IMG/VR virus record: IMGVR_UViG_647000328_000003
Location: 8,078-72,077 of that record
Length of the DNA stretch: 64,000 bases
Direction: 5' to 3' (one strand)
From: a virus
The notes beneath the pieces were generated by a model that was given only the letters and a program-made list of their open reading frames with translations, searched no databases and was not told the origin of the DNA. Both the position numbers and the translations under genes were made by a program. The stretch's first letter is position 1. Each line of letters begins with the position of its first letter. This document shows, in pieces, positions 18,679-27,518 of the stretch.

Positions 18679-19296
18679 TCAGGGCTGCACCTTGCGCATC
18701 AGTTCCTGGGCGAGTTCACGCAAGGCGCTGGGTGACATGTGGCGCGCCAAGAGGTCGGCAGCCTGCTGCGGTTGGTCCGCTGGGACTGCCACCTTTCGGT
18801 TGGCGTCCAGGTCACGAACGAAGATCCCTGCCCCCTGGCGGGATCGAATCAACTCCTCCGACTTGAGGGTCGCGAACGCCTGGCGCACGGTGCTCTCAGC
18901 CGACGCGTACTCCCGCATCAGCTGGTTCAGCCCAGGCAGTCGGGATCCAGGGGCGTACTCGCCGGAGAGGATCGCACGCCGAAGGTCGTCGGCGATGTCC
19001 TTGTAGCCGACTCGCTTCCCCGGGGGTGTCAGCTTGGCCACCTTCATCGCGTTGGCGCTCACGTTGTGACGTGGCTTCTCTCTTGCGATGGCTTCCTTCT
19101 CGGCTTCCTCAGCCAAAGCCGGCGAGTCGAGCCATGCGATCTCGTTGCGGTCAACCTCGGGCCACCATGACTTCGTTCGGCGGTGGGAGGCGAAGCGGTG
19201 CTGCGTGTCCTTCGTGATGCCGACGTACAGCAGGTTTCCGTCGGCGTCGTAGAAGCGGTAGAGCGCGGTGCGCTCGGAGGTGGGGTCGTTCGTCAC
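18679..19296 (-). CDS. GIY-YIG nuclease-GntR wHTH fusion
   Basis: ALYRFYDADGNLLYVGIT..R..H..AEEAEKEAIAREKPRHN, then YKDIADDLRRAILSGEYAPGSRLP..TVRQAF..IRSRQGAGIFV; GGAGG RBS before GTG 19296. Confidence 0.85.
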   Translation of the reverse strand: MTNDPTSERTALYRFYDADGNLLYVGITKDTQHRFASHRRTKSWWPEVDRNEIAWLDSPALAEEAEKEAIAREKPRHNVSANAMKVAKLTPPGKRVGYKDIADDLRRAILSGEYAPGSRLPGLNQLMREYASAESTVRQAFATLKSEELIRSRQGAGIFVRDLDANRKVAVPADQPQQAADLLARHMSPSALRELAQELMRKVQP

Positions 19297-19404
19297 CGAT
19301 TCCTCCAACTTGGATATGCAAGTGGCGTTGGTGGAGACGCTAGCTTGCTCGCCTTGGGTATGCAAGTAGTGCGACTGGGGCGATGCGGGCGTAGTTTGCG
19401 CCTC

Positions 19405-19824
19405 ATGAAGATGACGGAGAGGCAGTGCCAGGAGGCCTTCGGGCGCGGCCGGGTACTCAGGCTTGGCACCGTTGATTCCGAGGGGCAACCCCACCTGGTG
19501 CCGGCCACCTACGCCCTTGCTGACGACGCTGTCGTGATCGCCGTGGACCACAAACCGAAGTCCACCTTCAATCTGAAGCGCCTTCGGAACATCGCCGAGA
19601 ACCCGACGGTCACTCTCCTTGTCGACCACTACGACGACGACTGGGATCAACTCTGGTGGGTCCGGGCCGACGGTGAAGCCGAGGTGCTTGAGAACGAACA
19701 TGCACAGGAACTTGTGGAGTCATTGGTAGACAAGTACGCGCAGTATCGAGCCCAACGGCCAGCAGGGCCCGTGATCAAGATTCGAGTAAATCGCTGGTCA
19801 GGATGGGTGGCGCGTCAGGATTAG
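19405..19824 (+). CDS. PPOX-class putative F420-dependent oxidoreductase (Rv0121-like split beta-barrel)
   Basis: RVLRLGTVD..GQPHLVP..VIAVDHKPKST..LKRLRNIAENPTVTLLVDHYDDDWDQLWWVRADG; exact start uncertain (19396/19405/19411). Confidence 0.88.
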   Translation: MKMTERQCQEAFGRGRVLRLGTVDSEGQPHLVPATYALADDAVVIAVDHKPKSTFNLKRLRNIAENPTVTLLVDHYDDDWDQLWWVRADGEAEVLENEHAQELVESLVDKYAQYRAQRPAGPVIKIRVNRWSGWVARQD

Positions 19825-19878
19825 GCGCGTTTGCGACCGGTGGCCTTACGCTGACTTGAGTACCCACTCGACAGGAGC

Positions 19879-20655
19879 GTGATGTCACCAAACCCCGCAC
19901 ACGAGCACCCCTTCAAGAGGGTGGCCAACGAACTGCGCACCGAGATCCTCCGAGGCGACCTCGCGCCCGGCGACCAGCTCTCGTCCGAGAACGAGCTGAA
20001 GGATCGCTTCGGCGTGACCCGGACCACGGTCCGTAAGGGCATCGCTCTGCTGCGGGCCGAAGGGCTCATCACCTCGAAGCAGGGCAAGGGGGCGTTCGTT
20101 CGTGAGCGCCCGCACGTCAATCTGAGGCAGACGGGCAGCATCTACCGCGCCCGTCGAGGTACGGGGAAGTCGAACTTCAACGCGGAAGCTGAAGCCCAGG
20201 GGCAGAAGCCGAAGCAGGTCATCCGGGAAGTGGTCGAGACGGCTGCCCCCGAGCGCGTCGCTCAACTGCTTGGGATCGAAACCGGGGCCCCGGTCGTGGC
20301 GCGGCGGTTCCTGTTCGTCACGGACGACACCCCGATGCAGCTGGTCGACTGCTACTACGACGCAAAGGTCGCTGGCGGCACGCGACTTGCGGAAGCCCGA
20401 CTGATCAAGGGTGGTGCCAACGCCTACATCGAAGACCCGGATGGGCCGATCGGTCGCCGCATCGTTCAGTTCATCGAGGACCTCGACGTTCGGATGCCGT
20501 ACCCGCACGAGGTGGATCAACTCGACATCCCCGACGGTGTACCGGTGGCCAGGGTGCTGCGCACGGCCTACGACTCGGCGGGCGACGCCATCGAGGTGCT
20601 CGATTCCATCGTCCCCTGCGATCGGCACGCCTTCCGCTACGTGATCGATGTGTAG
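19879..20655 (+). CDS. GntR/HutC-family repressor with UTRA domain (KorSA-like)
   Basis: LRTEILRGDLAPGDQLSSENELKDRFGVTRTTVRKGI..QGKGAFVR; C-terminal PVARVLRTAYD UTRA; precedes the tra operon. Confidence 0.9.
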   Translation: MMSPNPAHEHPFKRVANELRTEILRGDLAPGDQLSSENELKDRFGVTRTTVRKGIALLRAEGLITSKQGKGAFVRERPHVNLRQTGSIYRARRGTGKSNFNAEAEAQGQKPKQVIREVVETAAPERVAQLLGIETGAPVVARRFLFVTDDTPMQLVDCYYDAKVAGGTRLAEARLIKGGANAYIEDPDGPIGRRIVQFIEDLDVRMPYPHEVDQLDIPDGVPVARVLRTAYDSAGDAIEVLDSIVPCDRHAFRYVIDV

Positions 20656-20676
20656 CCCCGCATCGTCCGTACCGCC

Positions 20677-20709
20677 AACGCCCCCACCTTCCCGGTGGGG
20701 GCGTTTTTT
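20677..20709 (+). terminator. Rho-independent terminator
   Basis: aacgcccccacc / ggtgggggcgtt plus T6. Confidence 0.85.
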
Positions 20710-20852
20710 GCTCCCGGCGACTCGCTCGAAGGCAAAACAGTCGCGGCACTTGCATAGCCAAGTTGGTTCGGCCTATCGTCAGGGGTGTCGCCACTTGCAT
20801 AGCCAAGTGGAACTGACTCCCCCTGCCCCTGCCCGAATCCGGAGGACCGCAC

Positions 20853-21104
20853 ATGTCTCCCCGCGACGCACTCGATGCAGTGCTCGACGACCTTCAGGAC
20901 TCCCTCACCGTCCCTGAGGTGGCCGCTCTCATCGGCGTCCACCCGGCGACGGTCTACCGAGCGGTCAAGACCGGCCGCATTCGCTCGACCAGCCGGGGGA
21001 GCGGGCAGATTCGCCGCACCCTCACCACCATCCCCCGCACGGCTGTCGTCGAGTTCCTCGCGACGCCCAACGGCCCCGCCTCCCCGTCGGAGGTGGCGGC
21101 ATGA
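20853..21104 (+). CDS. Excisionase-like (HTH_17/AlpA) DNA-binding protein
   Basis: LTVPEVAALIGVHPATVYRAVKTGRI; GGAGG RBS. Confidence 0.85.
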   Translation: MSPRDALDAVLDDLQDSLTVPEVAALIGVHPATVYRAVKTGRIRSTSRGSGQIRRTLTTIPRTAVVEFLATPNGPASPSEVAA

Positions 21105-21268
21105 CCCCGCCGATCACCCCGCCGTCGGCCCCGATGTCTGCTGCGGACCGCGAGGCCCACGAGATGGCGTCGTACCGTCGCCGTCCGGCTGTCGTCTCCC
21201 AGGGGTCGGTCACCCTCCCCGCCGAGTCTCCGGCTCGCCGCCGGCTGATCGCTCTGCGGCGTCTCTGA
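21101..21268 (+). CDS. Small hypothetical protein
   Basis: ATGA overlap; GGAGG RBS; TGATG coupling downstream. Confidence 0.55.
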   Translation: MTPPITPPSAPMSAADREAHEMASYRRRPAVVSQGSVTLPAESPARRRLIALRRL

Positions 21269-21402
21269 TGGCCGCGGCCGAGCAGCCCCGCGAGAACACG
21301 ATCGTCGCGGAGCCTGCGACTCCGGATGCGTGCCGCCGTGACTACCAGGCGGCTGCTGATGTTCGGGCCCAGATGGCCCGGCAGGAAGCCCGCCGCAAGT
21401 AG
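21268..21402 (+). CDS. Small hypothetical protein
   Basis: TGATG coupling. Confidence 0.5.
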   Translation: MAAAEQPRENTIVAEPATPDACRRDYQAAADVRAQMARQEARRK

Positions 21403-21510
21403 CACCCCACTGACTGCCGCGCCCCGTCGGCGACATCCCCCGGCCGGCCGGGCGCGGCTCTCCACCCCCACCTCTTCTTCACTCCACTCCACCACTCGAA
21501 GGGCACCCCC

Positions 21511-21810
21511 ATGTCTCCGTACCTCATGTCCACGACTGACCTGGCTGTTCTGTCCGACGCGGACACAGCGACCGTTTCCTCTCTCGCGGCCCGCCGACGT
21601 GCGTCGATCAGCGTCGCTCAGGCCGAGCAGCTGGCCGCCGACCGGCTGGCGGTCAGTCTCCTGTCGGAGTTCCGTGCCGCGTGGTCGGTGGGTGACCGCG
21701 ACCAGATGTCGGCGGTGATGCTCGCCGCGATCGACCTCGACCAGACCAGCCCGGGTTCGCCGCGGCTGATGGACGAGATCCGAGGCCTGAACGCTCAGGC
21801 CGCCGCCTGA
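21511..21810 (+). CDS. Hypothetical protein
   Basis: GAAGGG RBS; helical. Confidence 0.7.
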   Translation: MSPYLMSTTDLAVLSDADTATVSSLAARRRASISVAQAEQLAADRLAVSLLSEFRAAWSVGDRDQMSAVMLAAIDLDQTSPGSPRLMDEIRGLNAQAAA

Positions 21811-21910
21811 GCCCTGCCCCATCCGCTCTGGAGTACGGCGAGAGGCTGCCCGATCGGCTCGGGCCCAGAGCACTCCCCGCACCACCTCGACCACCCCAAG
21901 GAGCACTGCC

Positions 21911-22138
21911 ATGCCCGGATCCACCCCTGCTGAGCGTCAGGCCGCCGCCAACGTGATGCTCACCGTGATCGACAGCGGCACCCTCACCGCCCCGGGTCGC
22001 ATGACGGACGACGACATCGCCCGCCAGCTCGACGCTGGCCGTCAGCTCCGCGAGGCGGCCGACGGGGACGAGTCCCGGATCGCCAACGCGCTCGCCGACG
22101 TTCGAGAGGCCGCCCTCGCCGCCGAGACCGCCCGGTAG
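21911..22138 (+). CDS. Hypothetical protein
   Basis: AAGGGAG RBS. Confidence 0.7.
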   Translation: MPGSTPAERQAAANVMLTVIDSGTLTAPGRMTDDDIARQLDAGRQLREAADGDESRIANALADVREAALAAETAR

Positions 22139-22168
22139 TCACCAACCCCCACCCGAACGGAGAACGTC

Positions 22169-22417
22169 ATGGGCTTGTTCAGCAGGATCAGCGACACCAG
22201 GGCCGAGGTCACCGGTCACGCCGCACTCACCAAGGACATCCGCGAGGCCGTCAAGGGCGGTGACGAGGAGGCCGCAGCCACGTTCCGGACCGGCACCCTC
22301 TCGGCGGCGCTGACCACCAAGGGCTGCAACGCCCGCGGCCAGGAGGTCGCCGCCTACGTCGAGCGGGTCGTTGCCGCGGACGGGGACAGTCGCCGCGCCG
22401 GCTGGCTGAACCGCTGA
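22169..22417 (+). CDS. Hypothetical protein
   Basis: GGAG RBS. Confidence 0.7.
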   Translation: MGLFSRISDTRAEVTGHAALTKDIREAVKGGDEEAAATFRTGTLSAALTTKGCNARGQEVAAYVERVVAADGDSRRAGWLNR

Positions 22418-22518
22418 CCCACCGCCCCGGATCACGGCGTGAGGCTGCCGGATCGACTCCGGCCCGGGGCGCCACCGACCGACCTCCACTCACCACCGAG
22501 CCCAGGAAGGGCCGAACC

Positions 22519-22713
22519 GTGAAAAACCTGCTCTGGATCCTGCTCACCCTCGCACTGCTGGTCCTGTTCCCGGGACTGGCCCAGACGGTCGCCACCACCG
22601 TCGCCGCGACCGTGCAGTTCATCGCCGCCCAGCCGATCCTGCTGGGCTTCGGGCTCGGCGTCGCGACCCTCACCCACCTCCGCGGCAAGAACCCCGCCAC
22701 CGCCCGCATCTGA
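22519..22713 (+). CDS. Small 2-TM membrane protein (Spd-like)
   Basis: Two hydrophobic segments; located in the tra operon. Confidence 0.7.
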   Translation: MKNLLWILLTLALLVLFPGLAQTVATTVAATVQFIAAQPILLGFGLGVATLTHLRGKNPATARI

Positions 22714-22730
22714 CCCGAAAGGGCACCGCC

Positions 22731-23105
22731 ATGACCACGCAGACCGCCTGGCCCGAGAACGTCATCGCCCGCTACCTCACCCTCGTCGGTGCCACCGTCG
22801 ACCTCACCCACCGGAACGAAGCCGAGGACGGCAAGAAGAAGGCGACCCGCGCTGTCTGCACCGGGTGCAGGGCCGTCACCGTCCAGACCTGGGCCGACAG
22901 CTATCCGAACTACCGCCGACCCGGCGTGACCGAGTTCCAGAACCAGGACAAGGGCGACCGTGCCGCTCGCGCCTGGGCGCAGAAGCACGCTGAGACCTGC
23001 CGGGCCCTTGCCGCGCCCACCGTCCCCGCGACCGCGCCCGAGCCGCAGGACGAGCCCGAGCCGAAGCGCCGCCTCTGGCTCCCCGCCCGGCGCAAGAACG
23101 CCTAG
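22731..23105 (+). CDS. Hypothetical protein (CxxC...HAETC)
   Basis: GAAAGG RBS; high GC3. Confidence 0.7.
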   Translation: MTTQTAWPENVIARYLTLVGATVDLTHRNEAEDGKKKATRAVCTGCRAVTVQTWADSYPNYRRPGVTEFQNQDKGDRAARAWAQKHAETCRALAAPTVPATAPEPQDEPEPKRRLWLPARRKNA

Positions 23106-23161
23106 TCGCACCACAGAGCCGAACCCACTCGCCCCCACCCGTCCCGGAAGGACACACCGTC

Positions 23162-24517
23162 ATGAGTGCCGACTACCGTTCCTGGGAGGAGCGTGAGGCC
23201 ACCGCCAAGAAGACCCGCGCCGAGGCGGCACGCATCGCCGCCGAAGCAGAAGCCGCCCGCACCGCTGGCGCCCAGGCCGCCGAAGCCGGGGCTGCGAAGA
23301 CCGCCACCGACCTCCTCGCCGAACAGGTCAAGCAGGCCGGGCTGAAGAAGAAGCTCGAAGCCGTCACCGAAGCCGCCAAGGACGAGAAGGCCGAACTCAA
23401 GGCCAGGCGCCGCGAGGCCAGCGCCGACAACGGCACCGCGTTCAAGCTCATCGTCAACGTCGCCGTCGTCCTCGGGCTCCTCGCCGCACTCCCCGCCCAG
23501 CTGTCGTACTTCCTCACCCTCCACAAGGAAGGCGAGAAGAATCCCAGCACCGCGTGGCTTCTCGGCCCGATCCCGTTCTTCCTGGAACTCCTCGCCTGGG
23601 TCGGTGTCCTCGGCACCCGGTGGGCGCACCGCAAGGGCCTGCCCCGGTGGCCGTTCTGGATCCTGACCGCCGCACTCGCCTCCGTCGCCGGGTACATCAA
23701 CCTGGCGCACGGCACCGACGAGTACGGCATCGTCGCCGGTGTCGCCCTGGCCGCCACCTCGGTCATCGGCCCGGTCCTTGCGGAGGTCCGGGACTTCCTC
23801 GAAGGCAGGGCCGCCGCCGACACCCGGAGCCTGGAGCAGCGGGCCGCCGCGAAGGCCGCAGCGAAGAAGCGGGCACGGGATCAGCGGGCGCTCGCGAAGG
23901 TCCACGCAACCGAGGACGAGCGGCGCAGGACGCTGTTCCCTCAGGAGTTCGCCGAGTACGAGCGGATCATCGTCGCGCACCCCACCGGAGCCATCACCCG
24001 GGAGGCCGCGTGGCAGCAGGCGTGGGACAACATCCACCTCCTGCCGCTCGCTACAACAGCGGACACGCTCGCCGGCCGCGAGGAAGCCCGCGCTGCGATC
24101 AACTCGGTTCTGTCGAACGTCGACCGCACCCCCGAGAGCGAAGCGGTCGACCGGCTCCTCGCCGAGATCTTTCGGCCCGACGGCGGTGACAGCGGACCCT
24201 CCCAGAAGCCCACAGAGGGCGGACCGAAGGATGGTGCAGGGGGAGGGTCGCAGGCCCGCCGCCCGGCCGACTCGAAGGGGCCTGGAGCCCTTGGGCGTAA
24301 AGGGAAGCAGGCATCCGGGCGCACCTCCGGAAAGACCCCGCTGAAGCCGCTCCAGCCGGATCACCTTGACGCGGTCCGCAAGCTCGCCGACGCCCTCGGC
24401 GGCCTCGAACGGCTGTCTGCCCGCAAGGTCCGCGAAGTCATCGGCGGCGGATCCAACGAGTACGCCGTCCGCCTTCGCGACGCAGTCCGCGCCGAAACAC
24501 AGGGAGACACCCAGTGA
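23162..24517 (+). CDS. SpdB2-like multi-pass membrane spread protein
   Basis: N-terminal coiled coil, four hydrophobic helices, C-terminal HTH-like LSARKVREVIGGGSNEYAVRLRD; stop overlaps traB start. Confidence 0.7.
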   Translation: MSADYRSWEEREATAKKTRAEAARIAAEAEAARTAGAQAAEAGAAKTATDLLAEQVKQAGLKKKLEAVTEAAKDEKAELKARRREASADNGTAFKLIVNVAVVLGLLAALPAQLSYFLTLHKEGEKNPSTAWLLGPIPFFLELLAWVGVLGTRWAHRKGLPRWPFWILTAALASVAGYINLAHGTDEYGIVAGVALAATSVIGPVLAEVRDFLEGRAAADTRSLEQRAAAKAAAKKRARDQRALAKVHATEDERRRTLFPQEFAEYERIIVAHPTGAITREAAWQQAWDNIHLLPLATTADTLAGREEARAAINSVLSNVDRTPESEAVDRLLAEIFRPDGGDSGPSQKPTEGGPKDGAGGGSQARRPADSKGPGALGRKGKQASGRTSGKTPLKPLQPDHLDAVRKLADALGGLERLSARKVREVIGGGSNEYAVRLRDAVRAETQGDTQ

Positions 24518-26727
24518 GCGTCGAGACCACCCCCGCCAGCACACCCGACCCGGAGTGGGAGCGGCTCATCGCCAGCCTTGCCGACAAGGCCGACAGCCCC
24601 CTCCTCCAGAAGACCGCGGATGTTCCCCACAACCGGCCGGACCTCCTCGGCGACATGCCCCTCACTCCGGAGTGGGCGCGCACCTCCGCCGGATGGCGAA
24701 CCCGCGCCGAGGTCGGGAAGCTCAACTCCACCCGGGCGTTCCGCCGGTGGGTGCGCCGGCAGTCCACCGAGCACGGGCACGGCGCCCAGGTCTTCCGCGG
24801 GATGTGCCGCACGTTCCTGTGGGTGCAGGGCACCGAAGGCGTCCAGGTCGCCACCGCACGGCATGAAGTGCGGCAGGCTCAGGACCGCTACAAAAGCGCG
24901 AAGTGGGGTCACGGCCTGCGGCTCATCCCCGGCAACGAGAAGGACAAGCTGCGCGCTGAGATGGATAAGGCGTTCGCCGGGTCCGTCACCGCGATGAGCA
25001 AGTACAGGTCTGCCCAGCGGGACGCCCGGACGCGGCGCGGGGCGCGAGGCGCCCTTGTCGCCGCTGCGATCGCCGTGCCGGAAGGGGCCGGGATCTATCT
25101 GATCGGCGGCGCTGGCGGTGTCATCGCGACCGGCTCCGCGCTCCTCGCGTTCGCCCTGATCGGTCGACGCACCAACGGCGGCGAGGTGTACACCGACCGG
25201 GACGCGAAGATCGGCAACGGCGACCGGATGACCGACGACATGATCGACCGGGCGTTCCGCGACGCCGGCATCATCCGCGGCGATCAGGCCGTCGTGTTCC
25301 GGTCCCCGGTCATCCAGGACGGGCGGGCGTGGCTCGCACACATCGAGGTCACCGGCGGCGTCGAAGTCGCAGACGTCCAGAAGAAATCCGGGCCCCTCGC
25401 CTCCGCGCTCGGCGTCCCCCGCCACCAGATGGACATCCGCCACGAAGGCCGCGAAGACCACCTCAGCCTGTGGGTCAGCATGACCGACCCGTTCGGCCGG
25501 ACCGTCCCCAACCCGCTGATCGGCACCACCGACAAGGTCAACGCCTGGCGTGACGGGCTCCCATTGGGCTTCGACAAGCGCGGCAGCATCGTCCTCGCCA
25601 CCATCTCCGACTACTCGCTGCTCGTCGGCGGTACCACCCGGTCCGGGAAGGGCATGGCCGTCGCGAACATTCTCGTCGGCGCCATGCTCGACCCTCGCAT
25701 CCGAGTCAGGCTGTTCGACGGGAAGGGCACCGGCGAGTACGTCGGCCTTGCGCCCGCCCTCGACACGTTCGTCCGCCGCAACCCCGAACGGCTCCTCCAG
25801 TTCCTCAAGGTGCTGGTCGGCGAACTGGAACGCCGCACCGAGATCCTCGTCGACCTGGGGGTGTCCAAGGCCACCGAGGAACTCCTGGAGCAGCTCGGCG
25901 GCATCGAGCTCGTCATCGTCGACGAGCTCGCCACCTACACCGTCAAGGGCGGCCTCAACGGCCAGCACGCCGAAGAGATCGTCGAACTCCTCGCCCAGAT
26001 CGCCGCCGTCGGTGCCGCCGTCGGGATTGTCCTCGTCCTCGCCACCCAGTACCCGAAGGTCGACGTCGTCCCCTCCCGGCTCCGCGGCAACTGTGCGGCC
26101 CGGTGGGCGATGCGAGTGGACTCCACGACCGCGTCGAACGTCATCCTCGGCGACGGTGCAGCCGACGACGGCTACAACGCCCGCAAGATCGAAAACAGCA
26201 AGTCGACCCGCGGGCGCGGCATGCTCACCACCCCCGACACCGGATTCATCGACTCCCGCAGCCTCTTCGTCGACGTCGAGAACGGCGACCTCGGGAAGGC
26301 CGCCAAAGCAGGCATGGCGCTGCGCCAGGCCATAAGCCGGCTGCCCCTGCACTGCCCGGACCCGATCGAAGACCAGCTCAAGGCAGACACCGGAATCAGC
26401 ATGGTCGCCGGCGGACCCACCGGAAAGGGCACCGCAGTCCAGGCCGAGGCGGAGCCCACGATCCTCGACCACATCGTCAAGGCCGTCACCGCCACCGGCC
26501 GCGGCGAAGCGACCCGCGGCGAGGTCTTCGCCCACCTGGCCACCGTCGACGAGCGATACGAGCGGGGCGACACGGAAAGCGACGCCCAGTACGGGTCGCG
26601 GGCCGGGAAGCTCCTGTCCGCCGACCTGGACGCCGAAGAGGTCGAGCTGAAGGCCGTGAAGGTGTCGACCGCGGACGGCGGGGAGGGTCGCGGGTTCAAG
26701 CTCGCCGCCCTCCACGCCGCCCTATAG
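24514..26727 (+). CDS. traB: FtsK/SpoIIIE-family conjugative DNA translocase (Streptomyces TraB)
   Basis: Two TM helices, Walker A GGTTRSGKG, Walker B LVIVDELA, LVLATQYP, C-terminal helical domain. Confidence 0.9.
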   Translation: MSVETTPASTPDPEWERLIASLADKADSPLLQKTADVPHNRPDLLGDMPLTPEWARTSAGWRTRAEVGKLNSTRAFRRWVRRQSTEHGHGAQVFRGMCRTFLWVQGTEGVQVATARHEVRQAQDRYKSAKWGHGLRLIPGNEKDKLRAEMDKAFAGSVTAMSKYRSAQRDARTRRGARGALVAAAIAVPEGAGIYLIGGAGGVIATGSALLAFALIGRRTNGGEVYTDRDAKIGNGDRMTDDMIDRAFRDAGIIRGDQAVVFRSPVIQDGRAWLAHIEVTGGVEVADVQKKSGPLASALGVPRHQMDIRHEGREDHLSLWVSMTDPFGRTVPNPLIGTTDKVNAWRDGLPLGFDKRGSIVLATISDYSLLVGGTTRSGKGMAVANILVGAMLDPRIRVRLFDGKGTGEYVGLAPALDTFVRRNPERLLQFLKVLVGELERRTEILVDLGVSKATEELLEQLGGIELVIVDELATYTVKGGLNGQHAEEIVELLAQIAAVGAAVGIVLVLATQYPKVDVVPSRLRGNCAARWAMRVDSTTASNVILGDGAADDGYNARKIENSKSTRGRGMLTTPDTGFIDSRSLFVDVENGDLGKAAKAGMALRQAISRLPLHCPDPIEDQLKADTGISMVAGGPTGKGTAVQAEAEPTILDHIVKAVTATGRGEATRGEVFAHLATVDERYERGDTESDAQYGSRAGKLLSADLDAEEVELKAVKVSTADGGEGRGFKLAALHAAL

Positions 26728-26738
26728 ATCACATTTGC

Positions 26739-26922
26739 ACCCTGCCCCGACCCTGCCCGGCCGTTCATCACCGCAGGTCAGCCCATCGGCCACCCTGCCC
26801 CGACCCTGCCCCGCGCGGGCAGGGTCGCCCCGGCCCGGAACCGCACCCAGCTCGTTCAGGCAGGGTGTGGGCAGGGTCGCCACCTGCGGAAACGCCACCG
26901 CTGGACACGGTTCAGGCAGGGT
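26739..26922. repeat. clt-like locus: eight ACCCTGCC 8-mers (4 forward, 4 reverse)
   Basis: Forward at 26739, 26750, 26792, 26803; reverse at 26818, 26859, 26870, 26915; three pairs spaced 11 bp; directly downstream of traB. Confidence 0.85.
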
Positions 26923-26957
26923 CCAACGCCCCCGTACTCACTTCGAAGGAGCCCCTC

Positions 26958-27440
26958 ATGCAGCTGCCCGAGCAGCCCGTCGCCGGGCAGCCCGACACCA
27001 CCATCCGCCGCAACGCCGACCAGCTCGTGGTCGCCGTCGACGAAGCCCTCTTCGCCGGCCAGGTCACCTCGTACCGCGACAACACCCCGCTCCCCGCGGT
27101 CGGCCCCAACCCGCCCGTCCAGCAGCCCGGCCCGCCCCCGATGTCGCAGTGGGCGATCGACGCGAGCGGGGTCCTGAAGGCCGTGTCCGTGGCGTCCCTG
27201 CCGATCGGCGGCGCCCTGTGGATCGTCGGCCAGATCGAACCGTGGGCCCTCGGCATCATCCTCGGCTCGCCAGCCGTCGCAGCCCTCGCCGTCGCCCGGC
27301 TGGTCGCGAAGGTCAAGGACGCCAACCAGGCCGCCCCGCAGCCGGTTGTGCAGCACTTCCACGGCACCGTCCACCACGACGAGCGCACCGTCACCAGCAC
27401 CACCCGCGGCGTCATCGCGAAGACCCAGAACCGGAACTAA
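26958..27440 (+). CDS. Spd-like membrane protein
   Basis: GAAGGAG RBS; two TM helices; C-terminal VVQHFHGTVHHDERTV..TRG. Confidence 0.7.
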   Translation: MQLPEQPVAGQPDTTIRRNADQLVVAVDEALFAGQVTSYRDNTPLPAVGPNPPVQQPGPPPMSQWAIDASGVLKAVSVASLPIGGALWIVGQIEPWALGIILGSPAVAALAVARLVAKVKDANQAAPQPVVQHFHGTVHHDERTVTSTTRGVIAKTQNRN

Positions 27441-27518
27441 CCCAATTTGATCACTTCGCCCACCAGGCGACCCACCCGCCGATAACCTCCGATCGCACAC
27501 ACCATCCCTGGGGGGACC

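Larger units (their letters stand above)
19308..20808. promoter_or_regulatory. Four copies of operator ACTTGCATA(G/T/C)CCAAG (19308-19324 and 19353-19367 reverse; 20747-20763 and 20792-20808 forward)
   Basis: Near-identical imperfect palindromes in two promoter regions flanking the GntR-UTRA gene. Confidence 0.75.

Noticed and set aside
16135-26782. Recurring GCAGGTCAG/CTGACCTGC 9-mer (approx. 16137, 17941, 18238, 26773)
   Set aside because: Few scattered copies in high-GC DNA; no consistent spacing or position to support a function
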